Positions 35,345 through 45,216 are shown, counted from the stretch's first letter. The stretch is 45,216 nucleotides of DNA from an uncultured bacterium (GCA_964499705.1 CAZCME010000013.1:1-45216); one strand, 5' to 3'. The notes: a model not told the origin generated them from the letters alone. Made by a program: numbers and translations.

Positions 35345-37794
35345 TCGAGCTCGGCGTCACTCTCATCCGCTTCGGGCTCGCTGTGTCCGCGTGGTCGCTG
35401 GCTGCCGGAATCTTCGGCGCGTGGAGCAAACACCGCGCGGCGACGGAATCCGCCCGGCGCGGTGTCTTCGCCGCCGCCATTCTCTCCTGGGCCGGAGCGG
35501 CCGTTCTCGTGAGGCTCCTCGTCAGCCGCGATTTCCGCGTCGCGTATGTCTGGGAGTACACCTCCCTCACGCTCCCTGATATCTACGCCTTCACCGCTCT
35601 CTGGGCGGGCCAGGCCGGATCGCTGCTCTTCTGGCTCTGCATTCTCGGCGTCGTCTCCACGATCGCGCTCGCCAACATGCGGGGAAAGCTGCCCGACTTC
35701 GAGCCTCAGCTCCCTTGGATAATCGCTTCCATCCAGCTCTTCTTCTTCCTTCTCATCACCTTCGCCGCCGATCCGTTTCAGCTGCTCACCGACAGATATC
35801 CGGAGGCGGCGATCGCTTTGCCCGTGGACGGCAACGGCTTGAATCCCCAGCTCCAGAACTTCGGCATGATCATCCATCCGCCGCTCCTGTACGCGGGTTA
35901 CATCGCCTACACGATCCCCTTCGCTCTCGCGATGGCCGCTCTGGCTTCCGGCAATCTGGGCGACTTGTCGCATGGCGCCTCCTGGATCCGCGCCGCCCGC
36001 CGATGGTCGATCGCGGCCTGGATGATTCTCGGGTTCGGCATCCTCTGCGGAGCGCGATGGGCCTATGTCGAGCTGGGCTGGGGAGGCTACTGGGCGTGGG
36101 ACCCGGTGGAGAACGCCAGCCTCATGCCCTGGCTGACCGGCACCGCGTTCCTCCACTCCGTCATGATCGAGGAACGCCGCGGCATGCTCCGCCGCTGGAA
36201 CATCTTCCTCATCGCCCTGACGTACCTGCTCTGCCTCTTCGGCACATTTCTCACGAGAAGCGGTATCCTTTCGTCCGTCCACTCCTTCGCGCAATCCGAC
36301 GTCGGCCCGTTCTTCGTCCGCTTCATGTCGACATGGGCGTTCGCGGCCGCGGCGCTCTTCCTCTGGCGATGGAAGGAATTGCGGGCGGCTCAGCCGTTCC
36401 ATTCCGTTCTCTCGCGGGAATCCTCCTTCCTCTTCCAGAACCTGCTGCTCCTGGGAATCTGCGGCGCCGTATTCTGGGGGACGATGTATCCCATCATCTC
36501 GGAAAATTTCACCGGCGAAAAAGTCACGGTCGACGCCCCTTACTTCAACAAGGTCGTCCTGCCGCTGGGACTGGCCCTCTATCTCCTCACCGGTTCCGGG
36601 CCGCTCATCTCCTGGCGCCGCGCCTCCGGCGAGAGCCTGCGCAAGAACCTGGGCATGCCCGTTGCTCTGGGAGTGCTTGCGGGCATGGCGGCCGTGGCCC
36701 TGGGTTCACGCGACTGGATGGCGTCCAGCGCCTTCGGACTTTCGTTTTTCATCGTGGCCGCGGTAATTTTAGATCTCTACACATCCTCGCGCGTACTGTC
36801 GAAACAGACATCGCAGCCGCTCCTTCGTTCCTCTCTCGTTCTCATTGACCGGAATCACCGGCGCTACGGAGGCTTCCTCACGCACATCGGCATGGCGGTT
36901 CTCCTCATCGGTCTCGCCGGAAACGCGTTCAACCAGGAAGTGGAGAAACATCTCGCGCCGGGAGAATCGATGGAGCTCGGGCATTACCGACTTGTGTATC
37001 GCGGATTCGAGGAGGATAACGACGGCCACCGCAACATCTACCGCGCCAACGTGGATCTCCTCAGGGAGGGCGAACCGATCGGCTCGGAGCATCCGGAGAT
37101 CTCCATCTATTTTCCAGGACAGGAGAAGGAAACGAGAAACAGCGAAGTCGCCATCCGGCCGACGCTCTTCGAGGATCTGTACATCATCTTCGCCGAGCCG
37201 GACGGCTCCAACGCCGTCATCAGGATGATGATCCATCCGCTCATCGCCTTCGTCTGGGCCGGTGGATTTCTCGCCGTCCTCGGCGCGCTTGTCGCGATCG
37301 TGCCCTGGCGTTTCTCGCTTCCACGCGGCGCTTCCTCCGCGGCGGCGGCCCTCGTGCTCGTCCTTGTCGGCGCCGGAGCGCATGCGGAAACACCCCGGTA
37401 CACGCACGCCCTGGGAAATCGCGATCCGATCGCGAAGGAATTCGCCTGCCGGTGCGGCTGCACGATGATTCTTCACGAGTGCGATCACCCCAATTGCCCC
37501 GGCTCCGGGCCGCAACTGGACGAGATCGCGGCGTGGCGCGCGGAAGGATTGACGGACCGGCAGATCATCGATCGCGTCGTGGCCCGCGACGGCTTGAAGG
37601 CGCTCTCGTCGCCGCCCGCGGAAGGCTTTCACCTTTCGGCATGGCTCGCGCCGTTCCTGGCCGTCGCCATGGGCGCGGCCGGATTGACGGCGTTCTTCTT
37701 CTTCCGGAGAAACACACCGGAACCAACCGTAGCCGAGCTGACCGCCGGAGAAAAAGACGCCGTCGAAAAGGCGCTGAAAGAGCGGCGATCTTGA
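35341..37794 (+). CDS. ccmF: cytochrome c heme lyase CcmF fused to a CcmH-like domain
   Basis: WAGQAGSLL, GLNPQLQ, IHPP.LY.GY, WGGYWAWDPVEN and SVHSF; C-terminal ACRCGC..HEC...C domain with PP..GF...AW..P. Confidence 0.93.
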   Translation: MIELGVTLIRFGLAVSAWSLAAGIFGAWSKHRAATESARRGVFAAAILSWAGAAVLVRLLVSRDFRVAYVWEYTSLTLPDIYAFTALWAGQAGSLLFWLCILGVVSTIALANMRGKLPDFEPQLPWIIASIQLFFFLLITFAADPFQLLTDRYPEAAIALPVDGNGLNPQLQNFGMIIHPPLLYAGYIAYTIPFALAMAALASGNLGDLSHGASWIRAARRWSIAAWMILGFGILCGARWAYVELGWGGYWAWDPVENASLMPWLTGTAFLHSVMIEERRGMLRRWNIFLIALTYLLCLFGTFLTRSGILSSVHSFAQSDVGPFFVRFMSTWAFAAAALFLWRWKELRAAQPFHSVLSRESSFLFQNLLLLGICGAVFWGTMYPIISENFTGEKVTVDAPYFNKVVLPLGLALYLLTGSGPLISWRRASGESLRKNLGMPVALGVLAGMAAVALGSRDWMASSAFGLSFFIVAAVILDLYTSSRVLSKQTSQPLLRSSLVLIDRNHRRYGGFLTHIGMAVLLIGLAGNAFNQEVEKHLAPGESMELGHYRLVYRGFEEDNDGHRNIYRANVDLLREGEPIGSEHPEISIYFPGQEKETRNSEVAIRPTLFEDLYIIFAEPDGSNAVIRMMIHPLIAFVWAGGFLAVLGALVAIVPWRFSLPRGASSAAAALVLVLVGAGAHAETPRYTHALGNRDPIAKEFACRCGCTMILHECDHPNCPGSGPQLDEIAAWRAEGLTDRQIIDRVVARDGLKALSSPPAEGFHLSAWLAPFLAVAMGAAGLTAFFFFRRNTPEPTVAELTAGEKDAVEKALKERRS

Positions 37795-38180
37795 GCGTCT
37801 TTCTGATCGCCTCCGCGGGAGTTGCCGTGCTGGTGTATCTGATCCAGCCGTTTCTTGTGGAAACGCGGGAGGCGGTTCCCGCGAGCCATCGCGGCGTCGA
37901 TGATAAGAATGCAATCCTGGACGAGATCGAGGACATCGACCTGGAACATGCCGCGGGCAAGATTCCCGACGCGGCCTACGGGCACATCCGCGCGGAACTG
38001 GTCGCCCGGGCCGCGCAACTGCTGGATGTCGAAGCCGAAGTGGAGGCAGCGAAACCGCAGCCGGTGAGGGCGTTCTGTTCCCATTGCGGCAAAGCAGTGG
38101 AATCAGGGGATCGGTATTGCGCCGCCTGCGGCGAAACCATCAGCGCGTCGCGGGCTGAATCGGAAAGGAAATCATCATGA
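37791..38180 (+). CDS. CcmI-like N-terminal domain with double zinc ribbon
   Basis: TTGA overlap; TM segment, then EIEDIDLEHAAGKI...Y and CSHCG...CAACG. Confidence 0.75.
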   Translation: MSVFLIASAGVAVLVYLIQPFLVETREAVPASHRGVDDKNAILDEIEDIDLEHAAGKIPDAAYGHIRAELVARAAQLLDVEAEVEAAKPQPVRAFCSHCGKAVESGDRYCAACGETISASRAESERKSS

Positions 38181-38728
38181 ACAAGCAGACACTGGTATTC
38201 GTCGTCGTCGCGTTTCTCGCGGGATTCGGAGCGGGCTATTCGACGCGGCAGGAAAAGGCGGCCGTGGAACGCGTCGGCGAGATGCCGCAGAACAGGAGCG
38301 AATCGACACAGCTCCCCGAAGGCCATCCTCCGATCGACGGCGGCGGAGCGATGCCAGGAATGCCTCAGGCGATGACGGACATGGAATCCAAGGCGATCGT
38401 CGGCATGCAGAACGTCCAGGCGGGAGAATACGAGCGCGCCGTTCCGCTTCTTGCGGAGGCCGCGAAGGACATGGACGCTCCGGCGCTCCGTGTCTTCCAG
38501 GCGATCGCCGCCGAGGGGGCGGGCCGGACGCCGCAGGCGAAGAGCTTCCTTAAAGGGGATTCGGATGTCGAGCTGCTGAGATCCATCGGCCGCGAGGCCT
38601 TTATGGAACACCAAGATTTCAATATTGCCGGACCGGCGTACCAGCTTTACCTGAAAGTCCGTCCGAACGATCCGAGCCGGCCTATGATGGAGAACGCGGT
38701 GAAGATCTGGAAAGAGCAGGAGCACTGA
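38177..38728 (+). CDS. membrane-anchored TPR-like protein with LPEGHPP motif
   Basis: TM segment, LPEGHPPI and helical repeats ending YLKVRPND; ATGA overlap. Confidence 0.75.
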   Translation: MNKQTLVFVVVAFLAGFGAGYSTRQEKAAVERVGEMPQNRSESTQLPEGHPPIDGGGAMPGMPQAMTDMESKAIVGMQNVQAGEYERAVPLLAEAAKDMDAPALRVFQAIAAEGAGRTPQAKSFLKGDSDVELLRSIGREAFMEHQDFNIAGPAYQLYLKVRPNDPSRPMMENAVKIWKEQEH

Positions 38729-38767
38729 ATCGCGACCGATACCCCTATGCGAGTATCAGGGTAACAC

Positions 38768-39244
38768 CTATTCGCTTTCAGGGATCCTTGAAGCGATCGA
38801 CTCGATTTCGGTCCTGACGAGAGCCGCCATCTTTTCATCGACGAGCGGTTTCGGTTTCGGCGACGACCGGTTGATCACGCGGTCGATGGCGGCGAGCAGC
38901 GAATTGAATCCGCTCGTCTTGGCCACGAATTCATCCGCGCCCGCATCGTAACCGAGCTGCTTCTCGTCGTTGTCGATGAAGACCGCGGAGAACATGATGA
39001 CGGGCAGATGGTTGATCTGTGGATCGTTCTTGATGTAGAGGCACGCCTGGTATCCGTCCACTTCCGGCATCAGGAGATCGAGGACGATGGCATCAGGCGG
39101 TTTGTCCTTCGCGCATCGGATAGCCTCCCATCCATTGGACACGGTTTCGACTTCGTAACCTTCGCCCTGCAGCCAGAAGCCGAGGATATCGCGCATGTCA
39201 CCGTCATCTTCAGCCAGCAATACTCGTTTGGCGTTCTCAGCCAT
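38768..39244 (-). CDS. stand-alone response regulator receiver protein
   Basis: LLAEDD, IVLDLLMPEVDG, MFSA and GADEFVAK; start at 39244 or 39256. Confidence 0.93.
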   Translation of the reverse strand: MAENAKRVLLAEDDGDMRDILGFWLQGEGYEVETVSNGWEAIRCAKDKPPDAIVLDLLMPEVDGYQACLYIKNDPQINHLPVIMFSAVFIDNDEKQLGYDAGADEFVAKTSGFNSLLAAIDRVINRSSPKPKPLVDEKMAALVRTEIESIASRIPESE

Positions 39245-39334
39245 AATTAATCGCAACGCTCCTGCATCAAAATGAAATTACACTTAAGGTTAAAATTGTC
39301 GCCCCTATCCCCCGTCTTTTCAATCCCATATCAT

Positions 39335-39373
39335 TGTACTAATTTTTACGCCCTGTGTGTACTTATTTTTACA
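39335..39373. promoter_or_regulatory. tandem TGTA-N8-TAC(A/G) operator-like boxes, 23-bp period
   Basis: TGTACTAATTTTTACG (39335-39350) and TGTACTTATTTTTACA (39358-39373), upstream of TTGAAA-17-GACAAT on the minus strand. Confidence 0.55.
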
Positions 39374-39381
39374 CTGCCTTT

Positions 39382-40104
39382 TTACTCCCCCTGGACCAGC
39401 TCGGAAACGGTCACAAGCTCATATCCTTTGGCTTGGATGATGTCCAGGAGCCCCGGCAGGGCATCCATGGTCTCCCGATGGATATCATGCAGAAGTATAA
39501 TGGATCCAGGTGCCAATTGATCAGCAATCCGGGTCCAGATCTTCTCACGGCCGGGCGTCGTCCAGTCTCCAGGGTCGATCGTCCACATGACGATCGCCTC
39601 CAGGCCGGTTGTCGCGAGCGACCTCACGGCCCCCATGTCCACGCCGCCGCCGGGAGGACGAAACAGTCGCGGCCTGATTCCGGCCGCCGTGAAAAGAACA
39701 TCCTGTGTGCGCTCGATCTCATGGCGGATCTCTTTTGTCGAAAGTTTCGAGACATCGGCATGCGACCAGCTGTGATTGCCGATCTCATGTCTCTCCGCGA
39801 TCATTCTCCGCAACAGCTCCCGACCGCGTTCGCCCGACGCCTCGACGCGCTGCCCCACCACGAAGAAAGTGGCTCGCGCATGCGCCTCATGCAGCAGATC
39901 CAGGATCCGCTCCGTCGTTTCCGGCCGGGGTCCGTCATCGAACGTCAGCGCCACTCTCCGGTGCGCCGACGGTCCCGCCCAGATGACGCGGACATCCCGA
40001 GGCGAACGGATCTCTTCCGCGGAAAATGACGTGGCTGAACAGAGAGACAAGAAGAGCGCCGTGACGAGAGAAACGCATTTCCGGAAACGGCGTCTGCGAA
40101 TCAC
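39382..40104 (-). CDS. polysaccharide deacetylase (NodB/CE4)
   Basis: TFDDGP, HSWSH, FRPP, D..DW and ILLHD; signal peptide. Confidence 0.95.
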   Translation of the reverse strand: MIRRRRFRKCVSLVTALFLSLCSATSFSAEEIRSPRDVRVIWAGPSAHRRVALTFDDGPRPETTERILDLLHEAHARATFFVVGQRVEASGERGRELLRRMIAERHEIGNHSWSHADVSKLSTKEIRHEIERTQDVLFTAAGIRPRLFRPPGGGVDMGAVRSLATTGLEAIVMWTIDPGDWTTPGREKIWTRIADQLAPGSIILLHDIHRETMDALPGLLDIIQAKGYELVTVSELVQGE

Positions 40105-42134
40105 CGACGGTTCTGCAGCTCCTTCAAATTGAAGGAGGCTTCGATCGCGGCGGAATCGATCTCCACGGCGGCCTGGTATTCCTTCACCGCCTCCTCGTGA
40201 AGACCTCTCGTCGCGAAGATGTTGCCCAACTGCGTGTGAGCGGCGGCGTAGCGGGGATTCAATTTCAAAGCGGTGCGCAGGGCATCGACCGCTTCTTCGT
40301 ACCGCAGCTCGCGCGAGAGGATCACGCCACGATTGAAGTAGATATCCGGATTGCGCTGATCTTCGCCGGCGCCCGCATTCAAGGACTTGAGCGCGGCATC
40401 AGCATCGCCCCGCTTGTCATGAATCAGCGCCTGTGAAATATGAGCCAGCGCCTTCTGGTGCCGATCGCGGGCAGCCGACATCGCGCGAACCGCCCAATCC
40501 GAAGCCTCGGTCAGTCGCTCCAAGCGCGTCGAAAGCTGCGCAAGCCGCACCAGCAGCTCGAAGTCCTCCGCGCCCGCATTCACGGCCTTGGCATACTCGG
40601 CGGCCGCTTCCGCCGGCCTGTTCAGCTCCACGTAGGCATCGCCGAGCGCCGCCGCGTAGCGAGGTTCCTTCGGGGAGAGCGCGCATGCCTTCTCAAAGGC
40701 TTCCACGGCCTCGTCGATATTCCCCAGCCTGCGTCGAACGAGGCCGAGATTATAGAAAGTCCGCGGATCTCCCCTGTCTCCCTGGACATACTCCCGCTCG
40801 GCATCCTCGAATTTCCCGAGCACTTCATAGCAAAGGCCGAGATTGACATGAGCGCGGCCCGCATCCTCGCCGCCGATTTCGGTGATGCGCCGGAATCTCG
40901 CCATGGCTTCCTCGATTCGTCCCCGGCTCATGTGGATGTACCCGACGGTGAAGAGCGGAGCTGTGGCGGAACTGTCGATGGCGATGCCCTTGTCATAGGC
41001 TTCCAACGCTCCGTTCTGGTCGCCATCCAGATACAGGGCGCCGCCCAGGCCGAACCATGCCGGAGCATCCTCCTGATTCATGGAGAGAACTCTTCGAAAC
41101 GCATCAGCCGCCGCGTAATTCTCCTGGGACTGCGCGTGCGCGACGCCCTTGTTGAACCAGTAGTCCGATTTGCCGGGATCCTCCGCGGCAGCCCGACCGA
41201 AGGCGCGCGCCGCCTCACCGAAAAATCCCCGGCGGTACTCCGCCATCCCAAGAAAAGCCGCCGAACGGGCCAGTTCCTTCCCCTGCAAACCCTTCGAGGC
41301 CTGTGTGAACGCCTCCTGCGCCGAAGGATAATCTTCGCGCAGGAAATGCAGGAGGCCGAGATTGAACAGGACGGGCGCATGGTTCGTGTCGATATTGAGC
41401 GCCGCCCTGTAGGAACCGAAGGCCTCCTCCTGCTTGTTCGCGGCCACATACGCGTTGCCGAGATTCTGGAGGATGCCGATGTTGGCTCCATCCAGCTGCG
41501 CCGCCCGGGATAGCGCCTCGATGGCCGATGGCAATTCGCCCGCGTGAAGATACGCCACGCCGAGATTATGAAGCGCCAGCGGATCGAGCGGTTCCAGCTC
41601 GACCGCCTTCCGGAAAAGCTTGATCGCCTCGGTGAAATTTCCGGCGTGGTCCTGGAGTATTCCCATCTGGATAAAGGAACGGCGCCCGTATGCTCCGACC
41701 GGATCGATTTCCAGTACGGACGCAAATGCCTTCATCGCCCCTTGCGTATCGCCTTTCTGGATGTTGACGAGACCGAGATTATAGCGAAGTCGGAGCGTAT
41801 CCCTTGTCTGAACGGACAAACCGCTGAGGCTTTCCTCCGAAGGAAGATCCATCATTCCTTCCAGCATCGATTGGATCGGCTCGACAGGCAGCGAACGCGG
41901 TTCCTGCGATGATCGGCCCTGGAAGACGCTCTTGAACTTGTCCACAAGACCGGGAAATTTGCCGCCGGAGTCCACCGGACCAGGAGGATTTGTCGCCGGA
42001 GTCGATGATTTCAGCCAACGGACCGTGAGCCACGTGGCCGCGACCATCATTGCCAGGGCGGCGACGCCGAGAAAATGCGCGAAGGTGAACGACGAACCCT
42101 TGCGCCTCGGACTCGGCCGGTTGGGCTCCGTCAC
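40101..42134 (-). CDS. membrane-anchored multi-TPR protein
   Basis: One TM helix and many canonical TPRs (YNLG, HNLG, FNRG); GTGA overlap with nusB (ORF open to 42161). Confidence 0.9.
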   Translation of the reverse strand: MTEPNRPSPRRKGSSFTFAHFLGVAALAMMVAATWLTVRWLKSSTPATNPPGPVDSGGKFPGLVDKFKSVFQGRSSQEPRSLPVEPIQSMLEGMMDLPSEESLSGLSVQTRDTLRLRYNLGLVNIQKGDTQGAMKAFASVLEIDPVGAYGRRSFIQMGILQDHAGNFTEAIKLFRKAVELEPLDPLALHNLGVAYLHAGELPSAIEALSRAAQLDGANIGILQNLGNAYVAANKQEEAFGSYRAALNIDTNHAPVLFNLGLLHFLREDYPSAQEAFTQASKGLQGKELARSAAFLGMAEYRRGFFGEAARAFGRAAAEDPGKSDYWFNKGVAHAQSQENYAAADAFRRVLSMNQEDAPAWFGLGGALYLDGDQNGALEAYDKGIAIDSSATAPLFTVGYIHMSRGRIEEAMARFRRITEIGGEDAGRAHVNLGLCYEVLGKFEDAEREYVQGDRGDPRTFYNLGLVRRRLGNIDEAVEAFEKACALSPKEPRYAAALGDAYVELNRPAEAAAEYAKAVNAGAEDFELLVRLAQLSTRLERLTEASDWAVRAMSAARDRHQKALAHISQALIHDKRGDADAALKSLNAGAGEDQRNPDIYFNRGVILSRELRYEEAVDALRTALKLNPRYAAAHTQLGNIFATRGLHEEAVKEYQAAVEIDSAAIEASFNLKELQNRR

Positions 42135-42595
42135 GACCCGTTCACCGCTTCCTCGCCGCACGGGCTTCCGGCCGCGCCGGCGGGCGCCAGAGCATCCAGA
42201 ATGCCGTTGATGAAGGCGGGCGCGTCATCCGATGCATAGATTTTCGCAAGCTCCACCGCCTCGTCAATCACAATCTCTTTCGGATCACGTTCGCCCCGCT
42301 GATCCGGATACCGCAGCTCGTACAGCCCGACTCGCAGAATGGTCTTCTCCAGCAGGCCGATCCGGTCGAGACGCCAGTTCTGCGCCGCCGTCGATATCGC
42401 CGCGTCCAGCTCATCCTGGCTGCGGAGCACTCCGCGCACAAGGTGATCGGCAAACTCCCGGGTCACCTCGTCGAGCACGCCGTGCACTTTCGTGAATCGC
42501 GACAATTCTCCCTCGATATCCTCGGAGAATTCCTCGCGCCGGTACGTCGATTCGAACAGCAACTTCATCGCGACCTCGCGGCCCTTACGCCGCAT
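42131..42595 (-). CDS. nusB: transcription antitermination factor NusB
   Basis: R..REVAMKLLF, NWRLDRI, ILR...YEL, IDEAVELAK and FINGILD. Confidence 0.95.
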   Translation of the reverse strand: MRRKGREVAMKLLFESTYRREEFSEDIEGELSRFTKVHGVLDEVTREFADHLVRGVLRSQDELDAAISTAAQNWRLDRIGLLEKTILRVGLYELRYPDQRGERDPKEIVIDEAVELAKIYASDDAPAFINGILDALAPAGAAGSPCGEEAVNGS

Positions 42596-43085
42596 CGGGC
42601 TTGCCTTGCATATTCCTGCCCTGGCGCGGCAGTTTCTCGAACGCGGAGAGCAGCTGCAACAGGGCCGCGGCCGCTTCCGCCCCCTTGTTGCCCAGCGGGC
42701 CGCCTGACCGATCCGAGGCCTGCTGCACATTATCGACCGTCAGGATCCCGAACGTGACCGCCTTCCCTTCCGACGCGAGCCTGGTCAAGCCGTCCGTGAC
42801 GGCGCCGGATATGTATTCGAAGTGGGGCGTCTGCCCTCGGATCACGACGCCGATCGCAACGACGCCATCGTAGCCGCAGGCGAATGCGTGAGCCGACGCC
42901 GCGACGATCTCGAACGCGCCCGCCACTTCCATCACGACGGTTCCCGTCACGCCGAACGCCCTCAGTTCCGAAAGCGCTCCCTCGCAGAGCTTCTCCGTCA
43001 GAAAGTCATTCGTCCTGGAGAGAACGATGGCGATGCGGAGCGCATCGGGATCGGCGAAGTGCGTCGACAGGGGCAGGCGTTTCAC
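42585..43085 (-). CDS. ribH: 6,7-dimethyl-8-ribityllumazine synthase
   Basis: V.GAFEI, GVVIRGQTPHFEYI, FGILT and GNKG.EAA. Confidence 0.95.
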   Translation of the reverse strand: MKRLPLSTHFADPDALRIAIVLSRTNDFLTEKLCEGALSELRAFGVTGTVVMEVAGAFEIVAASAHAFACGYDGVVAIGVVIRGQTPHFEYISGAVTDGLTRLASEGKAVTFGILTVDNVQQASDRSGGPLGNKGAEAAAALLQLLSAFEKLPRQGRNMQGKPDAA

Positions 43086-43099
43086 GATGCTCGCCTCAC

Positions 43100-44347
43100 T
43101 TACTTCTCCCCGATGAAACGGAGAAGATGCCCCAGCTTGTCGCGCTTGGCTTCGAGATATTTCCGGTTTTCATTCCGCACGGGATGCTTCATCTCCACGC
43201 GCTCCACGACGGTCAGGCCGTATGCGGAGAGACCGATGATCTTGCGGGGATTGTTCGTGATGAGCCGAAGCTGCGTGACGCCGAGCTTCACGAGGATCTG
43301 CGCTCCGATGCCGTAATCCCTCAGGTCCGGCTTGAATCCCAGTCGCGCGTTGGCTTCCACCGTATCGAGCCCTTTCTCCTGGAGCTCGTACGCCTTCAAC
43401 TTGTTCCTGAGCCCGATGCCCCGGCCCTCCTGGCGCATGTACAGCAGCACGCCGCGCCCCTCGCTGTCGATCTGCTCCAGGGACGCCTCGAGCTGATCGC
43501 CGCAATCGCAGCGGAAGGAATGAAAGAGATCCCCCGTCAGGCACTCCGAATGCGCGCGCACAAGGACCGGCAGACCGTCGCTCACGTTTCCGCGGATGAG
43601 CGCCAGGTGGATGTCGTGAGTCAGGATCTCCTCGTAGGCCTTGACGTTGAAGAGGCCGAAGCGGGTCGGGAGCTGGATGTCGGCGGCGAGCTGGATGAGA
43701 TCTTCCGTGCGGCGGCGGTATGCGATGAGATCCTGGATGGTGATGATGTGGAGCTCGTGTTCAGCCGCGAATGTCTCCAGGTCGTGCATCCGCGCCATGC
43801 CCCCGTCGTCGTTCAGGATCTCGCAGATGACTCCGGCGGGAGCAAGCCCGGCGAGCGAAGCGAGATCGACGGCCGCCTCGGTGTGGCCGGCGCGGCGGAG
43901 CACGCCGCCGGCCTTGGCGATGAGCGGAAAGATATGCCCGGGCCTGGAGAAGGTGAGCGGAGTCGAGGCTGAGTCGGCCAGGGCGCGGATCGTGGCGGTC
44001 CTGTCCGCGACGGAGATGCCCGTGGTCGTATCCTTGACGGCATCGACGGAGATGGTGAAGGCCGTGCCGAGCGGATCCTTCCCGTCCGTCACCATCGGAA
44101 CAAGATCGAGCTGGGCGGCGCGCTCTTCCGTGATCGGAACGCAGATGAGCCCTCGGCCGAACTTCGCCATGAAGTTGACCGCCTCGGGCGTCACCTTCTC
44201 CGCGGCGACGATGAGATCGCCCTCGTTCTCGCGCTCCGCGTCGTCGACGACGATGATCATCTGACCGGAACGAATCGCATCGATCGCCTCGGGAATCGTG
44301 ACGAGACGCGACGCGGCGCGTTTCTCCTTCTTCACGTCATCCTTCAT
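43100..44347 (-). CDS. ribBA: bifunctional DHBP synthase / GTP cyclohydrolase II
   Basis: [35 protein letters not shown] and QEGRGIGL. Confidence 0.97.
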   Translation of the reverse strand: MKDDVKKEKRAASRLVTIPEAIDAIRSGQMIIVVDDAERENEGDLIVAAEKVTPEAVNFMAKFGRGLICVPITEERAAQLDLVPMVTDGKDPLGTAFTISVDAVKDTTTGISVADRTATIRALADSASTPLTFSRPGHIFPLIAKAGGVLRRAGHTEAAVDLASLAGLAPAGVICEILNDDGGMARMHDLETFAAEHELHIITIQDLIAYRRRTEDLIQLAADIQLPTRFGLFNVKAYEEILTHDIHLALIRGNVSDGLPVLVRAHSECLTGDLFHSFRCDCGDQLEASLEQIDSEGRGVLLYMRQEGRGIGLRNKLKAYELQEKGLDTVEANARLGFKPDLRDYGIGAQILVKLGVTQLRLITNNPRKIIGLSAYGLTVVERVEMKHPVRNENRKYLEAKRDKLGHLLRFIGEK

Positions 44348-44966
44348 CCGATATCCCTGCCTTGCCGAACCTGGCCTGCGTCATTTCCTTAAGGTACCGC
44401 GCGATCAAATCGTATTCGATATTGACACACGAGCCTTCGGAAAGGTCCGAAAGATTCGTCGCGGACAGTGTAGCAGGAATGAGGGCGACTTCGAAGACGC
44501 CGGCGGACGCGTTCCATGAAGAGACGGTCAGCGATACTCCGTTCACGCCGATCGAACCCTTTTCCGCCACGAACCCGCGGGCGTGTTCCGCGTCCAGTTT
44601 CACGGAAAGAACCGCGAACTCCCCCTCGTGCTTCAAAGCGCGAACGCTTGCCACGCGATCGACATGGCCCGTCACGAAGTGGCCGCCCATGGTGTCGCCC
44701 ACGCGGAGCGAGCCCTCGAGATTGACGTGCGATCCCTCCCTATAGGCGCCGGCGATCGTGCGGTTCAGGGTTTCTCCGGATAGTTCGAAGGCCAGACGCG
44801 GCGCGGATACTTCCGTCACCGTGAGACAGCACCCGTCGATCGCGATGGAATCTCCGAGGCGCGCGGTGGAGGAAGAATCCGGCGCGGCAAGATTCAGCCG
44901 GATGCCTCCGGGCATCGTCTCGCACCCCACGACACGCCCCACTTCGCGAATGATTCCCGTGAACAT
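44337..44966 (-). CDS. ribE: riboflavin synthase (alpha)
   Basis: MFTGII N-terminus, [16 protein letters not shown] and [13 protein letters not shown]. Confidence 0.96.
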   Translation of the reverse strand: MFTGIIREVGRVVGCETMPGGIRLNLAAPDSSSTARLGDSIAIDGCCLTVTEVSAPRLAFELSGETLNRTIAGAYREGSHVNLEGSLRVGDTMGGHFVTGHVDRVASVRALKHEGEFAVLSVKLDAEHARGFVAEKGSIGVNGVSLTVSSWNASAGVFEVALIPATLSATNLSDLSEGSCVNIEYDLIARYLKEMTQARFGKAGISDEG

Positions 44967-44975
44967 GGACTCGAC

Positions 44976-45215
44976 CTATCTCCCGAGGGAGCCGGTGAGG
45001 AATTCCCGCGCATGATAGGTGATGATGATCTCCGCGCCCGCGCGATGGATGGAGGCGAGAATTTCCAGGGCGATCTCAGGCCCGACCCAACCCTTTTCCA
45101 CGGCCGCCTTGACCATGCTGTATTCCCCCGAGACATTGTAGGCGGCGACGGGTCGGTCGAAGCGGTTCCGCGCTTCCCGGATGATATCGAGGTAGGACAG
45201 GGCGGGTTTCACCAT
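44976..45215 (-). CDS. hemB: porphobilinogen synthase, C-terminal part (runs off the window)
   Basis: [26 protein letters not shown] and RAGA.IIITYHA. Confidence 0.95.
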   Translation of the reverse strand: MVKPALSYLDIIREARNRFDRPVAAYNVSGEYSMVKAAVEKGWVGPEIALEILASIHRAGAEIIITYHAREFLTGSLGR

Positions 45216-45216
45216 C

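Overview
A 45-kb, GC-rich, gene-dense chromosomal segment from a diderm bacterium. The lineage cannot be determined from the sequence alone. No transposase, integrase, phage gene or CRISPR array was found. In order, the window holds: tRNA-Arg(ACG); an orphan Flp pilin with TPR genes; a thiolase-fold/DUF35/MCE/TPR operon; rho with two Cys-rich membrane genes; a Tad/Flp pilus cluster (tadG-like, cpaB, a 1121-aa secretin, cpaE, cpaF, tadB, tadC, DUF192); a GT-C-like membrane protein; a 7Fe ferredoxin; a FemAB-like GNAT-clpS-clpA operon; a SLOG gene; a cytochrome c oxidase operon with heme A/O, SCO and Ccm assembly genes; an orphan receiver protein; and hemB-ribE-ribBA-ribH-nusB-TPR-polysaccharide deacetylase. 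The strongest leads are: (1) an A1-like heme-copper oxidase with an intact D-channel but Ile in place of the K-channel lysine, plus unusual residues in subunit II; (2) a giant hybrid secretin with five internal SmpA/BamE-like repeats; (3) a 70-nt perfect-hairpin element present twice with compensatory changes, one copy read in frame within the SCO signal peptide; (4) a thiolase-fold enzyme with no catalytic cysteine; (5) a FemAB-like transferase coupled to clpSA; and (6) a recurring -10-N6-ATG leaderless promoter signature. All family assignments come from motif recognition by eye, not database searches.
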